This document shows, piece by piece, positions 61,551 to 64,000 of a stretch of 64,000 nucleotides of DNA. Made by a program: the position numbers and the translations under genes. Positions within the stretch are counted from its first letter, which is position 1. Every line of letters begins with the position of its first letter. The stretch is from an uncultured candidatus Porisulfidus sp. (GTDB lineage: Bacteria > Pseudomonadota > Gammaproteobacteria > Poriferisulfidales > Poriferisulfidaceae), in the NCBI GenBank assembly GCA_965204575.1, contig OZ241993.1, positions 1,568,001 to 1,632,000 on the forward strand, in the 5' to 3' direction. A model generated the notes under the pieces. It ran no database searches. It saw only the letters and a program-made list of their open reading frames with translations, and was not told where the DNA came from.

Positions 61551-64000
61551 ATGGAACAAATCCGGGTCCGCGGAGCACGGACGCACAATCTCGACAACAT
61601 CGATCTGGACATTCCGCGCGACCGGTTGACCGTGGTAACCGGCCTGTCCGGGTCCGGCAAATCCTCGCTCGCCTTCGACACCATCTTCGCCGAAGGGCAG
61701 CGCCGCTACGTCGAATCCCTGTCGGCGTACGCCCGCCAGTTCCTCGCGCGCATGGAAAAGCCCGACGTGGACAGCATCGAAGGGCTGTCCCCGGCTATTT
61801 CGATCGAACAGAAGAGTGCCTCGCACAATCCCCGCTCCACCGTCGGCACGATCACCGAAATTCACGATTACCTGCGCCTGATGTACGCCCGGGTCGGCAT
61901 CCCCCGGTGCCCGCGCCACGGCCACGACCTGCAGGCCCAGACCATCACCGAAATGACGGATCACGTGCAGGCCCTGCCGGAAGGCCGGCGGGTCATGATT
62001 CTCGCGCCCGTCGTGCGCGATCGAAAAGGAGAGCACCAGGAACTCCTGCAAGGGCTGCAAGCGCAAGGCTTCCTGCGCGCGCGCATCGATGGCAAGGCCC
62101 ATGAACTCGACGAACCGATCCGTCTGGACCTCCGCCGCAAGCACACGATCGAGGTCATCGTCGACCGCCTGAAAGTTCGCGACGGAATCCGCACCCGCAT
62201 TGCCGAATCCTTCGAAACCGCGCTAAGGCTCGGGCAAGGAGTGGCGCGCGTGGTCAACATGGACGGTGAACCCATCGACGAAACCTTCTCCAGCCAGTAC
62301 GCCTGCCCGGAATGCGGCTACAGCCTCAACGAACTGGAACCCCGGCTGTTTTCCTTCAACAGCCCGGTCGGCGCCTGCAGCGAATGCGACGGCCTCGGCG
62401 TGCAGACGTTCTTCGACGAGGCCAAGGTGATCCATTCCGACCGTTCCCTGCGCCACGGCGCGATCCGCGGATGGGATTCGCGGAACGTGGCCTATTTCCG
62501 GATGATCAAAACCTTGGCAAAGCGTTACAAGTTTTCCGTCGATACTCCCTTCCAGCGCCTGCCGCGCCGTGCGCGCGACATCATCCTGTACGGCTCCAAC
62601 GGCGAATCCATCACGTTTGAATACACCGACACCCATGGGCGCCGGATGCGTTCCCGGCATCCGTTCGAGGGTGTGCTCCCGAACATGGAGCGCCGCTACC
62701 GCGACACGGAATCTCCGGCCGTGCGCGACGAACTCTCGCGCTACCGCAGTCAGCGCGCCTGCCCGGCCTGCGAAGGCGAGCGCCTGTGCGAGGCCGCCCG
62801 AAACGTCTTTATCGACGGCACCCCCCTGCCCCAATTGCTGCACTGGCCCATTGCCGATGTCTTCGGATTCTTCGAAAGGTTGGATCTTCCCGGGTACCGG
62901 GCGCAAATTGCCGCAAAGATCATTGCCGAAATTGGCCAACGGCTTCGGTTTTTGGTTGATGTCGGCCTGGAGTACCTGAGCCTGGAGCGTCGCGCCGAAA
63001 CCCTGTCCGGCGGCGAAGCGCAGCGCATCCGCCTGGCCAGCCAGATCGGTGCCGGGTTGGTCGGCGTAACTTACATCCTGGACGAGCCGTCCATCGGCCT
63101 GCACCAACGGGACAATGCCCGGCTCCTGAGGACGCTCGCCCACCTGCGCGATCTCGGAAACACCGTCATCGTCGTGGAGCACGACGAAAGCGCCATGCGC
63201 AGCGCCGACCACCTGGTCGACCTCGGCCCCGGTGCAGGAATCCATGGCGGCCGCGTAGTCGCCCAAGGCTCGGCGGAAGAAGTCTCCCGAGTGAAGGACT
63301 CTTTGACAGCCCAATACCTTTCAGGGCAGCAGAAGATCGAAATCCCCACGCAACGGGTACGCGCGCAGAAAGACCGGCAGTTGATCGTCCGCAAGGCCTC
63401 TGGCAACAACCTGCGCGACTTGGACGTGTCGATCCCGGTCGGCCTCCTCACCTGCGTCACCGGCGTCTCTGGGTCCGGAAAGTCAACACTCGTGAACGAC
63501 ACCCTGTACGGGCAGATGATCCAACCGAAGGATTGGATTCCCGGCCCTTGCGAAAAGCTAGAGGGCCTGGACCTGATCGACAAGGTTATCCGTATTGATC
63601 AGAGCCCGATCGGGCGTACTCCCCGTTCGAACCCGGCCACTTACACCGGCCTGTTCGGCCCGGTGCGGGAACTGTTCGCGGGTACCCAGGAAGCCCGTTC
63701 CCGGGGTTACCGGCCGGGCCGGTTCAGTTTCAATGTCCGGGGCGGCCGTTGCGAAGCCTGCCAGGGCGACGGCGTCATCAAGGTTGAAATGCACTTCCTG
63801 CCCGATGTTTACGTGCCCTGCGATGTCTGCGGGGGACTGCGGTACAACCGGGAGACGCTCGACATCCGCTACAAGAACAAGAACATAGCGGAAGTCCTCG
63901 ACATGACGGTCGAGACGGCCCGCGAATTCTTCGAAAATATCCCCGTGATACGCCGCAAGCTCGACACCTTGGCGCAGGTCGGCCTGCCCTATCTCCACCT
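61551..64000 (+). CDS. uvrA: Excinuclease ABC subunit A (runs off the window end)
   Basis: [28 protein letters not shown], Zn fingers, [12 protein letters not shown] and [10 protein letters not shown] motifs; absent from the ORF track because it has no stop in the window. Confidence 0.97.
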   Translation, partial: MEQIRVRGARTHNLDNIDLDIPRDRLTVVTGLSGSGKSSLAFDTIFAEGQRRYVESLSAYARQFLARMEKPDVDSIEGLSPAISIEQKSASHNPRSTVGTITEIHDYLRLMYARVGIPRCPRHGHDLQAQTITEMTDHVQALPEGRRVMILAPVVRDRKGEHQELLQGLQAQGFLRARIDGKAHELDEPIRLDLRRKHTIEVIVDRLKVRDGIRTRIAESFETALRLGQGVARVVNMDGEPIDETFSSQYACPECGYSLNELEPRLFSFNSPVGACSECDGLGVQTFFDEAKVIHSDRSLRHGAIRGWDSRNVAYFRMIKTLAKRYKFSVDTPFQRLPRRARDIILYGSNGESITFEYTDTHGRRMRSRHPFEGVLPNMERRYRDTESPAVRDELSRYRSQRACPACEGERLCEAARNVFIDGTPLPQLLHWPIADVFGFFERLDLPGYRAQIAAKIIAEIGQRLRFLVDVGLEYLSLERRAETLSGGEAQRIRLASQIGAGLVGVTYILDEPSIGLHQRDNARLLRTLAHLRDLGNTVIVVEHDESAMRSADHLVDLGPGAGIHGGRVVAQGSAEEVSRVKDSLTAQYLSGQQKIEIPTQRVRAQKDRQLIVRKASGNNLRDLDVSIPVGLLTCVTGVSGSGKSTLVNDTLYGQMIQPKDWIPGPCEKLEGLDLIDKVIRIDQSPIGRTPRSNPATYTGLFGPVRELFAGTQEARSRGYRPGRFSFNVRGGRCEACQGDGVIKVEMHFLPDVYVPCDVCGGLRYNRETLDIRYKNKNIAEVLDMTVETAREFFENIPVIRRKLDTLAQVGLPYLH

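Overview
This is a 64-kb, GC-rich chromosomal window from a gammaproteobacterium, probably a sulfide oxidiser (fccAB, rhodanese), that also carries methanopterin/methylofuran-type biosynthesis genes. Most of it is core housekeeping: mfd-csiV, nagZ, ftsK-lolA-rarA, trxB, aceA-icd, degQ, mrdAB-mltB-rlpA-dacA-dat-lipBA, cfa, rne, yhdP-maf-rsfS-nadD-recJ, miaB-phoH-ybeY-corC-lnt, ssb and a partial uvrA. Five signals stand out. (1) A 1,316-bp element (50196-51511) has 24-bp terminal inverted repeats and an 8-bp target duplication of IS1595-like type, and its only cargo is a degraded TnpB RNA-guided nuclease; the predicted omegaRNA uses the TIR itself as terminal stem and pseudoknot, and the element sits inside a decayed higBA toxin-antitoxin operon. 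(2) tRNA-Leu(UAA) is interrupted by a 216-nt group I intron. (3) An autotransporter has an in-frame poly-C(14) tract that looks like a phase-variation switch. (4) A MotA/TolQ gene and a coiled-coil MotB/ExbD-like gene lie beside a GldAFG-DUF4340 ABC module. (5) A 33-aa membrane protein falls below the ORF-track cutoff. All calls come from reading the sequence and recalled family motifs; no database searches were run.
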